This document shows positions 55,596-64,000 of a stretch of 64,000 nucleotides of DNA, piece after piece. Where the stretch lies: assembly GCA_029932675.1 (NCBI GenBank), contig JAOZPP010000004.1:12157-76156 (forward strand), given 5' to 3'. Both the position numbers and the translations under genes were made by a program. The notes beneath the pieces are model-generated. The model did not search any database, was not told the origin of the DNA, and saw only the letters and a list, made by a program, of their open reading frames with translations. Source of the DNA: a bacterium. GTDB taxonomy: Bacteria; SM23-81; DAOVCL01. The stretch's first letter is position 1; each line of letters begins with the position of its first letter.

Positions 55596-57248
55596 ATGGT
55601 TTATAAACCAGTAAGGGCGCCGCGGGGCACGGCCCTCTCCTGTAAGAGCTGGCATCAGGAGGCAGCTCTCCGGATGCTGATGAACAACTTAGACCCAGAA
55701 GTAGCCGAAAAGCCTGAGGAGCTAATCATCTATGGGGGATCGGGGAAGGCAGCTCGCAACTGGGAGTGTTACCATGCAATAGTAAAGAGCCTCCAAGAGC
55801 TGGAGAATGACGAAACCCTATTGGTTCAGTCGGGAAAACCGGTGGGGATATTTCGTACCCATGAATATGCCCCCCGGGTCCTCATCGCCAACTCCCTCAT
55901 CGTTCCCCACTGGGCTAACTGGGATAAGTTTAGGGAATTGGAGAGGCTTGGCCTGACAATGTATGGCCAGATGACTGCCGGAAGTTGGATCTACATCGGC
56001 ACCCAGGGGATACTCCAAGGAACCTATGAAACCTTTGCCGCAGCGGCGAAGAAACACTTCGGAGGGGACTTACGTGGCCGGTTGCTCCTCACTGGCGGCT
56101 TAGGGGGAATGGGCGGGGCACAACCCCTGGCCGCGACAATGAATGGGGCCGCCTTCTTGGGGATTGAAGTCGACCGCAGGAGAATAGAGAGAAGGGTAGA
56201 AACTGGTTACTGTGACCGAATCTCCGAGGACTTAGATGAGGCATTGGAGCTCTGCTTGCAGGCCAAAAAGAACCGTGAGCCTTTATCAGTTGGTCTAGTG
56301 GGAAACTGCGCGGAGGTGTTACCGGAGATCTATAGCCGTGGGGTAGTTCCGGACCTGCTTACCGATCAGACCAGTGCCCATGACGAGTTAAATGGCTATG
56401 TTCCGGCAGGAATTCCATATGAGGACGCCCTTAAGCTGAGGGAGGAGAACCCTGAAGAGTATGTTAAACGAGCTATGGACTCAATTGCCGTTCATGTGCG
56501 TACAATGCTCGACTTTATGCATAAAGGGGCAATTGTCTTCGACTATGGGAACAACATCAGAGGTCAAGCATACAAGGCAGGAATAGCCGATGCTTTTGAC
56601 TTCCCGGGCTTCGTTCCCGCCTACATCCGTCCCCTCTTGGCCCAGGGGAAGGGTCCATTTCGCTGGGCCGCCCTCTCCGGGGATCCAGAGGACATCTACA
56701 AGACAGATGAAGTGGTGAAAAGAGAGTTCCCAGAGGATGAGGCACTAGTTAACTGGATTGAGAAGGCTCAGAAAGAGGTGAAATTTCAGGGCCTACCCTC
56801 GCGCATCTGTTGGCTGGGCTATGGGGAAAGGGCACACTTCGGCCAGATAATCAACCATATGGTGGCTAAGGGAGAGCTAAAAGCCCCCATAGTGATCGGT
56901 AGGGACCACTTGGATGGAGGATCAGTGGCCTCGCCAAATCGGGAGACCGAAGGGATGAAGGATGGTTCAGATGTAATCGCTGATTGGCCCATACTCAATG
57001 GATTGCTCAATGCCGTCTCGGGAGCCTCCTGGGTCTCGGTACATCACGGTGGGGGTGTAGGAATTGGTTACTCCCTCCACGCGGGGATGGTTGTAGTTGC
57101 CGATGGAAGCAAGGAGATGGAGACCAGGTTAAATCGAGTGCTCACCAATGATCCGGGAACAGGGATAATGAGACACGCCGATGCCGGCTATGCGGAAGCT
57201 ATCAAAACTGCAAAAGAGAAAGGGATAAAAATACCGATGCTGGAGTAG
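55596..57248 (+). CDS. hutU: urocanate hydratase
   Basis: The protein shows [50 protein letters not shown].. and [13 protein letters not shown]. Confidence 0.95.
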   Translation: MVYKPVRAPRGTALSCKSWHQEAALRMLMNNLDPEVAEKPEELIIYGGSGKAARNWECYHAIVKSLQELENDETLLVQSGKPVGIFRTHEYAPRVLIANSLIVPHWANWDKFRELERLGLTMYGQMTAGSWIYIGTQGILQGTYETFAAAAKKHFGGDLRGRLLLTGGLGGMGGAQPLAATMNGAAFLGIEVDRRRIERRVETGYCDRISEDLDEALELCLQAKKNREPLSVGLVGNCAEVLPEIYSRGVVPDLLTDQTSAHDELNGYVPAGIPYEDALKLREENPEEYVKRAMDSIAVHVRTMLDFMHKGAIVFDYGNNIRGQAYKAGIADAFDFPGFVPAYIRPLLAQGKGPFRWAALSGDPEDIYKTDEVVKREFPEDEALVNWIEKAQKEVKFQGLPSRICWLGYGERAHFGQIINHMVAKGELKAPIVIGRDHLDGGSVASPNRETEGMKDGSDVIADWPILNGLLNAVSGASWVSVHHGGGVGIGYSLHAGMVVVADGSKEMETRLNRVLTNDPGTGIMRHADAGYAEAIKTAKEKGIKIPMLE

Positions 57249-57309
57249 TCTCCCCTCAACCTCAAGGAAGGAGCGCACCGCCAACCAGCCCCAAAACCGG
57301 TGAACAGGC

Positions 57310-57657
57310 CTAAACCAAATCCAGATCGACTGGAGCCCCCAGGGCCTCTTCTAACTTCAAGATAAAGACTCTTCCGACCCCAGGAGCTTGGAGGTCAACA
57401 TCAACATCTTTCAACAGCTTCACGATCTCAGAGCCAATTTCCTTTCTATCTACCTGAGCGATGATAGTTTTGGAATAGGACTTACTACCCCTCATCTGGA
57501 AGCTGAGTCCAGCAAAGATAGGCACTTCATAGGCCAGGGCCTTTCCCATAGCTTGTGAGTCGATAATGGCCGCATCAGTTATTCCCAATTCCACCAGCAC
57601 TGAAAGGAGGTCATCCAAAAACTTTTCCTGATTGAGTACGATAATAAGGAGATACAT
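57310..57657 (-). CDS. P-II-like (ferredoxin-fold) small hypothetical protein
   Basis: 115 aa with a beta-alpha-beta / loop / beta-alpha-beta pattern and a ..GVGRVFILKLEEALG end reminiscent of PII/DarA-like proteins. The family call is weak. Confidence 0.35.
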   Translation of the reverse strand: MYLLIIVLNQEKFLDDLLSVLVELGITDAAIIDSQAMGKALAYEVPIFAGLSFQMRGSKSYSKTIIAQVDRKEIGSEIVKLLKDVDVDLQAPGVGRVFILKLEEALGAPVDLDLV

Positions 57658-57670
57658 CGCTATCTTCCTT

Positions 57671-58180
57671 TCAAGACTTGTGGATTACCCTGCCCTCCTT
57701 GGTCCTCACTTCTACCTCAGCGGGGTAACGGGAATCGAACTCCTGCAGCACCTCCAACACATCCCCTACAGATCGGGACTTAAGAAGCTTTTCCTTAAGA
57801 TCCTTGATCTTAAGCAATCTGACGATCCTGGCCACCGTCTGTAAATACTCCTTCTTTACATCAAGGGGAGCAGCTATCATAAAGATAAGGTGAACAGGTT
57901 TACCATCCAAGGAGGCAAATTCCACTCCTTCCTTTGAACCCCCGAAGGCCACGGCCAACCTCTTCACTGTCTCGGACCTCCCATGAGGTATGGCCACGCC
58001 TTGCCCAATGGCTGTGCTTTCAATCCCCTCCCTGGACCTGATGGCCTCCTCAAACTTCTCCACCTCCTCGACCACCCCAGCCCGGCTAAAGAGGGCACAA
58101 AGCTCTTTGATTACACCTTCTTTCTCCCTCCTGGCTAGTTGGGGAATAATCAAATCCTCAGTAATCAGCTCTCTCAACAT
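57671..58180 (-). CDS. PTS EIIA(Ntr/Fru)-type domain protein
   Basis: 169 aa with EGIESTAIGQGVAIPHGR (phospho-His motif) and LIFMIAAP. Confidence 0.8.
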   Translation of the reverse strand: MLRELITEDLIIPQLARREKEGVIKELCALFSRAGVVEEVEKFEEAIRSREGIESTAIGQGVAIPHGRSETVKRLAVAFGGSKEGVEFASLDGKPVHLIFMIAAPLDVKKEYLQTVARIVRLLKIKDLKEKLLKSRSVGDVLEVLQEFDSRYPAEVEVRTKEGRVIHKS

Positions 58181-58265
58181 CTTCTCCTCCTTTTCTCCCA
58201 GCCAATCTATAAACCTTTGCCCTGAAAATATAAGAAACTAAGGGCCACTTTTTGCTAGTCAGGGT

Positions 58266-59459
58266 CTACGGCTTTCTTACCATCTTCCCCACCTCTCCTG
58301 CTTTAGTAATGGCATACTTAGTAGAGAAAGGGCCAATTATCTCCGTTACTATGGTTGTCCCCAGGGCTATAGCCACTATGACATCTCCTGCTTGGGGAAA
58401 TTCCTTCGCCGCCACTAAACATAGCCCAATGGCAATTCCTGCCTGGGAAAAGAGCCCCATTCCCGTGTATTTCCTCACCTGCTTGGGGGCATGGGAGAGA
58501 ATCCCTCCCAAGCTCGCCCCCAGGATCTTCCCAGAGAACCTGCCCAAAAGATAGACCACCGCTACCCACCCCAAATGAAAGAGCAACTTCACCTTTAGCC
58601 TGGCCCCGGCCAAGACGAAGTAGATGGTATAAAAGGGGTAGCCAAAATCTCCCAGCGGGGCAAATGCCTCCCTCCGCTTAGGGGAGTAGTTAGTGAGATA
58701 AAATCCAGCAGCCATCGCCCCCAAAAGAGGGGAAAACCTCAACCCCCACATCCCCTCCTGCAATAGCCCCCCAGCTAAGGTAATCCCTCCCACGATCATA
58801 ATAAGCACCTCTGCTGGATACTTCACCCTTCTCAAGAGGAAATCAAGGATCACCCCGGCGATCATCCCTCCAAGGACGGATAAAGCAATCTCTGCAAGCA
58901 CGATCCCCCCTAACCTTAGAGGGAAGATGTGGGTGCCGGAGAAGAGGGAATGGGCTAAGGAAGCAGAAACCGAATAGAGGGCCAGTCCATAGGCATCGTC
59001 TATCCCTACACACGCTAAAAGGGTTTGGGTAAGGGGACCTTGTGCCCTATATTCATTGAGAACCAACACGGTCACTGCCGGTGCAGTAGCTGCTCCGATG
59101 GAGGCAATAATAAGGGAGAGGGCTAAGGATTGTCCGACGAGGAGCATACCGACCAGGAGAAGGGAATAGGTAACCAGGGTCTCCAAGCTAACGATAAGGA
59201 CGATTGCTTTCCCCATCTTCCGTAGCTTGCTCAGCCTTAACTCCCCGCCAATGTGGAAGGCAATAAGAAGAAGGGCAAAGTCTATCAACCAGCTCAGTTT
59301 CAAGTTCCATTCCCAGGGGATAAGCTTCAAGGAGGAGACTCCAAAGGCCAACCCCACCAGAATATAACCGGTAACTGCGGGAACCTTTATCTTCGCGATG
59401 AGCTTTCCCCCCAGATATCCTCCGAAGAGGAGGATCCCGATCAACAGTATCTCATTCAC
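58266..59459 (-). CDS. cation:proton antiporter (CPA2/Kef-type membrane domain)
   Basis: 397 aa with more than 10 predicted TM helices. Its N-terminus, ILLIGILLFGGYLGGKLIAKIKVPAVTGYILVG, is typical of Na+/H+-exchanger-family proteins. Confidence 0.8.
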   Translation of the reverse strand: MNEILLIGILLFGGYLGGKLIAKIKVPAVTGYILVGLAFGVSSLKLIPWEWNLKLSWLIDFALLLIAFHIGGELRLSKLRKMGKAIVLIVSLETLVTYSLLLVGMLLVGQSLALSLIIASIGAATAPAVTVLVLNEYRAQGPLTQTLLACVGIDDAYGLALYSVSASLAHSLFSGTHIFPLRLGGIVLAEIALSVLGGMIAGVILDFLLRRVKYPAEVLIMIVGGITLAGGLLQEGMWGLRFSPLLGAMAAGFYLTNYSPKRREAFAPLGDFGYPFYTIYFVLAGARLKVKLLFHLGWVAVVYLLGRFSGKILGASLGGILSHAPKQVRKYTGMGLFSQAGIAIGLCLVAAKEFPQAGDVIVAIALGTTIVTEIIGPFSTKYAITKAGEVGKMVRKP

Positions 59460-59575
59460 TTAAACCCCTCTTGAAAAAAGGAAGAGCCCTGATTCTCATG
59501 GGAATGCAGGAACCGCTGCTGCAGTTTCAGAAAAGGACAAGGCCGTAAGGAAAAAACCCTTCCGCAGAAGAAGGA

Positions 59576-59601
59576 AGGTGGCAGAAGCATGGATCTGCCA
59601 C
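59576..59601. repeat. REP-like hairpin GGTGGCAGA-loop-TCTGCCACC
   Basis: Same family as 9512..9537 and 13376..13401. Confidence 0.65.
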
Positions 59602-59639
59602 CTCAATCCATTACTCACCCCTTTATCCGGCAGCCAAAA

Positions 59640-60041
59640 TCAGGAACTCGTCTCCCTTAGGTAGTCCTCTAAGATCTTCCTGTGGTCAAAGGCCATCTTC
59701 GCAGGTAGGCCATCTTTGGGGAAGACAGCCACCCCTTTGGCGTCATCCGCGGCCTTTGGCTTCCCCTTTGCTTGGCCTATATAGACAGTAGTTATCGTAT
59801 GGAGGCGGGGGTCGCGCCGGGGATCCGAGTAGGTGTGAAACTGGCGGATGAGCTTAACCTCCAACCCCGTCTCCTCCTTTGCCTCCCTAAGCGCTGCTTG
59901 CTCTAAACTCTCCCCATAGTTGACGAAACCACCGGGAAGGGCCCAACCAAACGGAGGGTTCTTCCTCTCCACCAAAACTATCCCCCTCCCCTCCAACTCT
60001 ATGATCACATCCACTGTAGGAACAGGATTCCTTCGGTTCAT
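59640..60041 (-). CDS. NUDIX hydrolase
   Basis: It carries the Nudix box [24 protein letters not shown]. Its start overlaps the ssb stop (TAATG). Confidence 0.88.
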   Translation of the reverse strand: MNRRNPVPTVDVIIELEGRGIVLVERKNPPFGWALPGGFVNYGESLEQAALREAKEETGLEVKLIRQFHTYSDPRRDPRLHTITTVYIGQAKGKPKAADDAKGVAVFPKDGLPAKMAFDHRKILEDYLRETSS

Positions 60042-60448
60042 TAAAAGGGAAGATCCTCCTCTTCCACCTCTTCCATTTCAGGTGGCTCACCCTTTATCTC
60101 CTCCTCATAGGTCTCCCCCTTCCTTCCCAGAAGTTGCATCCTATAAGCGACAATTTCAGTTACATACCTCTTGTTTCCATCCTTGTCATCCCAAGAACGG
60201 GTTTGAATCCTCCCCTCTATGTAGACTGGACTCCCCTTCTTCAAGTATTCTCCACTGATCTCTGCTTGTCTACCCCAGACAACCACCCTATGCCACTCCG
60301 TTCTCTCTTGCAGATTCCCCTCCTTGTCCTTCCATCGGGAGGTGGTAGCCAAGGGGAAACTGGCCACAGGTTGCCCAGAAGGGGTATACCTTAGTTCTGG
60401 ATCCCTCCCCAAATTGCCGATTAATATCGCCTTGTTTACACTGGCCAT
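60041..60448 (-). CDS. ssb: single-stranded DNA-binding protein
   Basis: The protein starts [25 protein letters not shown]..., has an OB fold and ends in the acidic tail ..EEEDLPF. Confidence 0.95.
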   Translation of the reverse strand: MASVNKAILIGNLGRDPELRYTPSGQPVASFPLATTSRWKDKEGNLQERTEWHRVVVWGRQAEISGEYLKKGSPVYIEGRIQTRSWDDKDGNKRYVTEIVAYRMQLLGRKGETYEEEIKGEPPEMEEVEEEDLPF

Positions 60449-60566
60449 AGCCCTCTCCTCCTTCCAGCTCTCTTCCCTTAACGCAATTCGCGCTCTCGGC
60501 CTTTCTCCACCTCACTTTAAAAGACCTGAGCGGCTATCCACCGATTAATACCCCACCCGGAAGTTC

Positions 60567-60956
60567 CTACTTGATAACAAAATAAGCAGAAGCCAAGGTA
60601 TCGCCTTCCTCGGAAAGGACATCCACCCTCCACCATCCAGTCCATTGGGGAATGATCCTCTTTGAGCTCCAGGTCCTCCAGTGGGAGGATCTCACCGGGA
60701 GGGTCACCTTGGCCATCTCCTTCTCCCCATGGTACCAGATATGGGTGACCGCAGTTGAGTCCTCCGCTCCCTCCACCAAGGTATGGCAATAGAGCTTGCC
60801 CACCTGAGCGGTAAAACTCTCCCCCTTGTCCACCGGCTCCCTCTCCTCAATCCCCTCACATATCGAGGCGGTGACCTTTAATCCCTTCTGGGGGGCGGCC
60901 AGAGCCGAGGCGGCCAAAACGCCCAGAAGGGTGAAACCACAGATTATCCCCCTCAT
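60567..60956 (-). CDS. secreted DUF2914-like protein
   Basis: 129 aa with a signal peptide (LLGVLAASALAAP) and the motif ..HIWYHGEKE...V.S..WRTWSSK......G.W.V.V. The family call is from memory and is tentative. Confidence 0.4.
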   Translation of the reverse strand: MRGIICGFTLLGVLAASALAAPQKGLKVTASICEGIEEREPVDKGESFTAQVGKLYCHTLVEGAEDSTAVTHIWYHGEKEMAKVTLPVRSSHWRTWSSKRIIPQWTGWWRVDVLSEEGDTLASAYFVIK

Positions 60957-63226
60957 CTCTCCTCCTTGGTTGCCTGTTTGATCCCCGATAGGGCCTGCTG
61001 AGCGGCACTGCGCAGTTTCGCATCCCTTGTTTGGGAGATAAAATCCTCCAACTTTGCAGTGGCTCGCCTATCCCCAATCTTCCCAAGAGCCTTAAAGATG
61101 GCCGGAAGGGTCTCCTCTCCCCCCTCACCCAAAATCTTCTTCCAACGCGGTCTTCTCCTCTCCATTAGGTTGAGGAGAAAGTCCATGGCCTGAGGATCCC
61201 CTATATTCCCTAAAGCAGAAATTATCAAAAGCCTCTCCTCCTTCCCCCGCTCCGGATAGATATCAATGAGTGGACTGATCGCAGCTTTATCCCCTATGGC
61301 CCCCAAAGCAACAATAGCAGCTCTCCTCACCTCACCCTGGGGGTCAGCAATCATCCGGACGAGGAAGGGGACTGCCCGGGAGCTACCTATCTTTTCCATG
61401 GCCTTAACCCCCTCCACCTTCACCCGGTAATCGGCATCCTCTAAGCAGTCTTTGAGAAGGGGAAGGGAGATCTCCTCACCTATCTCCCCTAAAAGGTAAA
61501 TGCTGTTTCTCACTATCCACCAACTTTCATCCTCAAGGGTCCCCTCTGGCCCGCGAGCAAATCTCCCCTGAAGTAGCTTTGATAAAGGGCCCAAGGAGTT
61601 CTCCCCAATTTGAGTAAGGATACGCAATGCTATCTGCCTTACTCCTCTATCAGGGTGGGTGAAAACCTTTAACAGTTCCTCAGCTACATCCTTAGTGCCC
61701 AAATCGGTGAGGATGTTAGCTATCTCCTTTCTGCTCTCCCCCTCCACGATCTTCTCCACTAAGTGGGGGACGACCTCCGAAGTCCCTATACCTCGAAGCA
61801 CCCGCGCCGCAATTAGCCTATGTTCTAAGGGAAGGCCGGTTTGGGGATCGGCAAGTTGACCTAAAAGATGAATAATAGTTGAGGCAGAGCCATATTTTCC
61901 CTTTTCTATCAGATCTAAGGCCAGCCTTTGCAATAGCGTTGAGAAGACCTTAAAAACCCCTTCATCCGGTTCTTTCCCTCCCCTTTCGGCTAAGGCTTCC
62001 AGGTTTTGATCTAAAAGTTCAACTTGGTCGGCTTCTAAAAGGATAGTAAGCAGCCTACTGAAATTTTCCAGAAATTTTATCCTTTCCTCCGGGGAACCTT
62101 CCCCAAATGCTCCAGCAAACCTACTTAACATCTCCTCTACTCTCCCCTCCTCACCCACGGTAAGAAGGCCCCGGAGGACTCCGGAAACTTCCTCTGGGTC
62201 ATCTATGAGGGACTTCATGTCTTCCATTATCTCCTTGGCCCTCTTCAGGATCGACTCCCGACTTCTCTGTTCCTTCCCCACCACCCAGGACCAATTCTCT
62301 TCAGAAATTCCCGCCTGGAGGAGCTTTTCCTTCAGAAGGGGGAACATCCTCTCCCTCTCCCCCTCCTGGATGAGCCTTCCCACCAGATTCCTCACCCTGT
62401 TTAGGGAGGCGCCATCTTGGGTAAGTCCCTTGCTAATCAAGTAAAGCCTCGCTTCATCGAGGACCTTTCTCACCAACTCCCCTGTCCTGTCCTCAGTCTC
62501 GGCCTCCCCCTCCCCCTCCTTTTGGAGCCAATCTTTGAGCTGGGAATTAAGGGTGAGGATGAGCTGAGCCATATACCTCTTCGCCCTGCGTGGATCAGGG
62601 TAAGCCTCTAAGAATGCGGAAGCTATACGAAGGAGGTAATCATCGATTAATTGCCTCTTAAGTGGGAGTGGTTTATCCTCCACAAGCTTCCCTATCCTTT
62701 CCCCGAGCAGAGAAGGGTGGGATTCAAAAAGGCTAAGAAGTTCCCCTATCTCCCCCCCCAACGGCTCAGAGGACTCTCCTCTTCCCCCTCTGCCCACCTC
62801 ATTAATCCTTATATGCTCTATCCCCTTCTCCTCTAAGTAGGAAGTAATCCCACCCTTAGTGTGGAGCAGATCCGGCTTCAGGCTCAGGGCCTCAAGGAGC
62901 CCCCGCAACTCCTCCCTCCTCAGACCCGACAGAAAGGTTATCCCCTCTATCTTCCTGTCCTCCATATCCTGGAGGAGCTTGTCATAGGCAGGAACCCCCC
63001 TTTCCAAAGGAAAATCTCCAATCAATACCCTTTCTCCCCTTATGGTCAGGGCCAGTTCCCCCCTTTGGGCTAAGAGCTTGGCGAGAACCTCCCAAGGGCC
63101 ATCAATCGCCTTATCCACCGTGGGATGCCCTGGGGGATATATCTCTAACCTCTTTATCGCCCCACCCAACAGCCTCGCCAGGTCCCTTGCCTGTTGAGGA
63201 AAGTTATTAGCTCCAGATTGATACAT
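60953..63226 (-). CDS. large HEAT/PBS-lyase-repeat protein
   Basis: The C-terminal half has repeated ..VR..A..ALG.IGD..A...L.. units. The start is set at ATG 63226 (MYQSGANN..) because the track start at 63373 would run across the divergent promoter and start of the next gene. The stop overlaps the DUF2914-like start (ATGA). Confidence 0.7.
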   Translation of the reverse strand: MYQSGANNFPQQARDLARLLGGAIKRLEIYPPGHPTVDKAIDGPWEVLAKLLAQRGELALTIRGERVLIGDFPLERGVPAYDKLLQDMEDRKIEGITFLSGLRREELRGLLEALSLKPDLLHTKGGITSYLEEKGIEHIRINEVGRGGRGESSEPLGGEIGELLSLFESHPSLLGERIGKLVEDKPLPLKRQLIDDYLLRIASAFLEAYPDPRRAKRYMAQLILTLNSQLKDWLQKEGEGEAETEDRTGELVRKVLDEARLYLISKGLTQDGASLNRVRNLVGRLIQEGERERMFPLLKEKLLQAGISEENWSWVVGKEQRSRESILKRAKEIMEDMKSLIDDPEEVSGVLRGLLTVGEEGRVEEMLSRFAGAFGEGSPEERIKFLENFSRLLTILLEADQVELLDQNLEALAERGGKEPDEGVFKVFSTLLQRLALDLIEKGKYGSASTIIHLLGQLADPQTGLPLEHRLIAARVLRGIGTSEVVPHLVEKIVEGESRKEIANILTDLGTKDVAEELLKVFTHPDRGVRQIALRILTQIGENSLGPLSKLLQGRFARGPEGTLEDESWWIVRNSIYLLGEIGEEISLPLLKDCLEDADYRVKVEGVKAMEKIGSSRAVPFLVRMIADPQGEVRRAAIVALGAIGDKAAISPLIDIYPERGKEERLLIISALGNIGDPQAMDFLLNLMERRRPRWKKILGEGGEETLPAIFKALGKIGDRRATAKLEDFISQTRDAKLRSAAQQALSGIKQATKEER

Positions 63227-63346
63227 CGCTTTGCCCCTAAGAATAAACCTCCCCCACCCCAAAGTCAACCAAAAAATTGAAGACCTCAATTCCCCTTGCC
63301 ATACCACACTTTTTTTGTTATAATTACCTTTCAACCGGAGGATAAT

Positions 63347-64000
63347 ATGAAGATAAAAGTGGGATTGGCCCAATTGAAACCATCCTTGGGGGATCTAAAG
63401 AAGAACCTGGAACTTCATCTCTCCTTGATTGAGAAGGCAAAAGCAGAACAGATCGATCTAATCGCCTTCCCGGAGCTCTCCCTCACCGGTTGTTTCCTGA
63501 AGGATATGGTCCCCGTAGTCTCCATCGACCTCCGGGCTCAGATTATGGAGAAGATGAAAGAAGAAAGCAAGGGGATTTCCATCATCTTCGGGTTTGTGGA
63601 GGAATCATCGGATCACGAATTCTATAACTCCGCAGTCTATATCGAGGATGGCCGGATAAAGAAGGTGCACCGCAAGGTCTATCTCCCCACCTATGGTATG
63701 TTTGACGAGCAGAGATACTTCGGCAGCGGAGAGACAGTGAGAGCATTTGATACAAAATTCGGCAGGATGGGCCTACTCATTTGCGAGGATGCCTGGCATC
63801 CCTCCACTTCCTACATATTGGCCAACGATGGAGCAAAGCTCATCTTCTTCCTCTCCAACAGTCCCTCCAGGGGGATAAAAGAGGGGGAGGGGTTGGGCTC
63901 AGCCCAGATCTGGGAGAGGGTAAATAGGATAACTGCCTTTTTCTACTCCCTCTATATAGTGAACGTTAACCGGGTTGGCTATGAGGATGGGGTAAATTTT
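63347..64000 (+). CDS. carbon-nitrogen hydrolase (nitrilase-superfamily) domain protein, 3'-truncated by the window edge
   Basis: This open-ended ORF is not in the track. The ATG at 63347 follows GGAGG. The protein starts MKIKVGLAQLKPSLGDLKKN.. and carries the E-K-C triad contexts AFPELSLTGC, HRKVYLP and GLLICEDAWH. Confidence 0.8.
   Translation, partial: MKIKVGLAQLKPSLGDLKKNLELHLSLIEKAKAEQIDLIAFPELSLTGCFLKDMVPVVSIDLRAQIMEKMKEESKGISIIFGFVEESSDHEFYNSAVYIEDGRIKKVHRKVYLPTYGMFDEQRYFGSGETVRAFDTKFGRMGLLICEDAWHPSTSYILANDGAKLIFFLSNSPSRGIKEGEGLGSAQIWERVNRITAFFYSLYIVNVNRVGYEDGVNF

Noticed and set aside
58236-58252. GGGCCACTTTTTGCT as a plus-strand sigma-54 promoter.
   Set aside because: No plus-strand gene lies downstream; 58252..58554 is a shadow ORF inside the antiporter gene. 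The GG register is also ambiguous.
59576-59601. TGGCAGATCCATGCTT (minus strand of the hairpin) as a sigma-54 promoter for the CPA2 antiporter.
   Set aside because: GG and GC are separated by 9 nt, not 10. The sequence is simply one arm of a recurrent REP-type hairpin.

Overview
The window is 64 kb of bacterial chromosome, mostly housekeeping genes on a backbone of roughly 50-55% G+C. Two proteins carry T9SS-type C-terminal sorting domains, which hints at an FCB-superphylum-like uncultivated lineage; this is inference only. No rRNA, tRNA or CRISPR array was recognised. Backbone genes, left to right: ffh (5' end only), leuD/leuC-like dehydratase, an amidohydrolase, a B12-binding radical SAM protein, a universal stress protein, ligA, and a flavin reductase. 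Next come a TPR-GAF sigma-54 activator, two T9SS cargo genes (a YVTN beta-propeller and an S8 peptidase), rpmA, elbB and hup. These are followed by the thrS-infC-rpmI-rplT-pheS-pheT block, zapB-like/zapA, rny, a YmdB-like gene, folD, xseA, xseB, ispA, dxs and a GlcD-like oxidase. After the island come asnA, a DUF192 gene, pmbA/tldD, a PfkB kinase, hutU, a CPA2 antiporter with EIIA-like and PII-like genes, a NUDIX gene, ssb, a DUF2914-like gene, a large HEAT-repeat protein and a C-N hydrolase that runs off the right edge. The standout region is about 36.7-49.8 kb, an A/T-richer, compositionally mosaic island that starts where a radC-like gene is cut off after its HhH domain. It carries a 1160-aa Type IIG-like endonuclease/N6-adenine methyltransferase and two base-identical 811-bp copies of a PIN(DUF3368)-UPF0175 toxin-antitoxin cassette. 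Those copies bracket a YhcG(DUF1016) / DUF2851-like / fused PLD-nuclease-SNF2-helicase module. The island also holds an AlbA_2(Schlafen-like)-HATPase_c_4 gene, three orphan methyltransferase 3' tails and several gene fragments. No integrase or transposase is present. I regard the PLD-SNF2 module, its repeat architecture and its MTase neighbour as the best candidate for an uncharacterised defence system. Secondary signals: a very good -24/-12 sigma-54 promoter right after the activator gene, and tandem inverted-repeat candidate UAS sites upstream of it. Others are several dispersed intergenic repeat/hairpin families, a shared 31-33-bp palindrome in two promoter regions, an infC with an apparent AUA start, and an S8 peptidase whose catalytic Asp position reads Glu. 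All functional calls come from reading motifs by eye; no database search was run.
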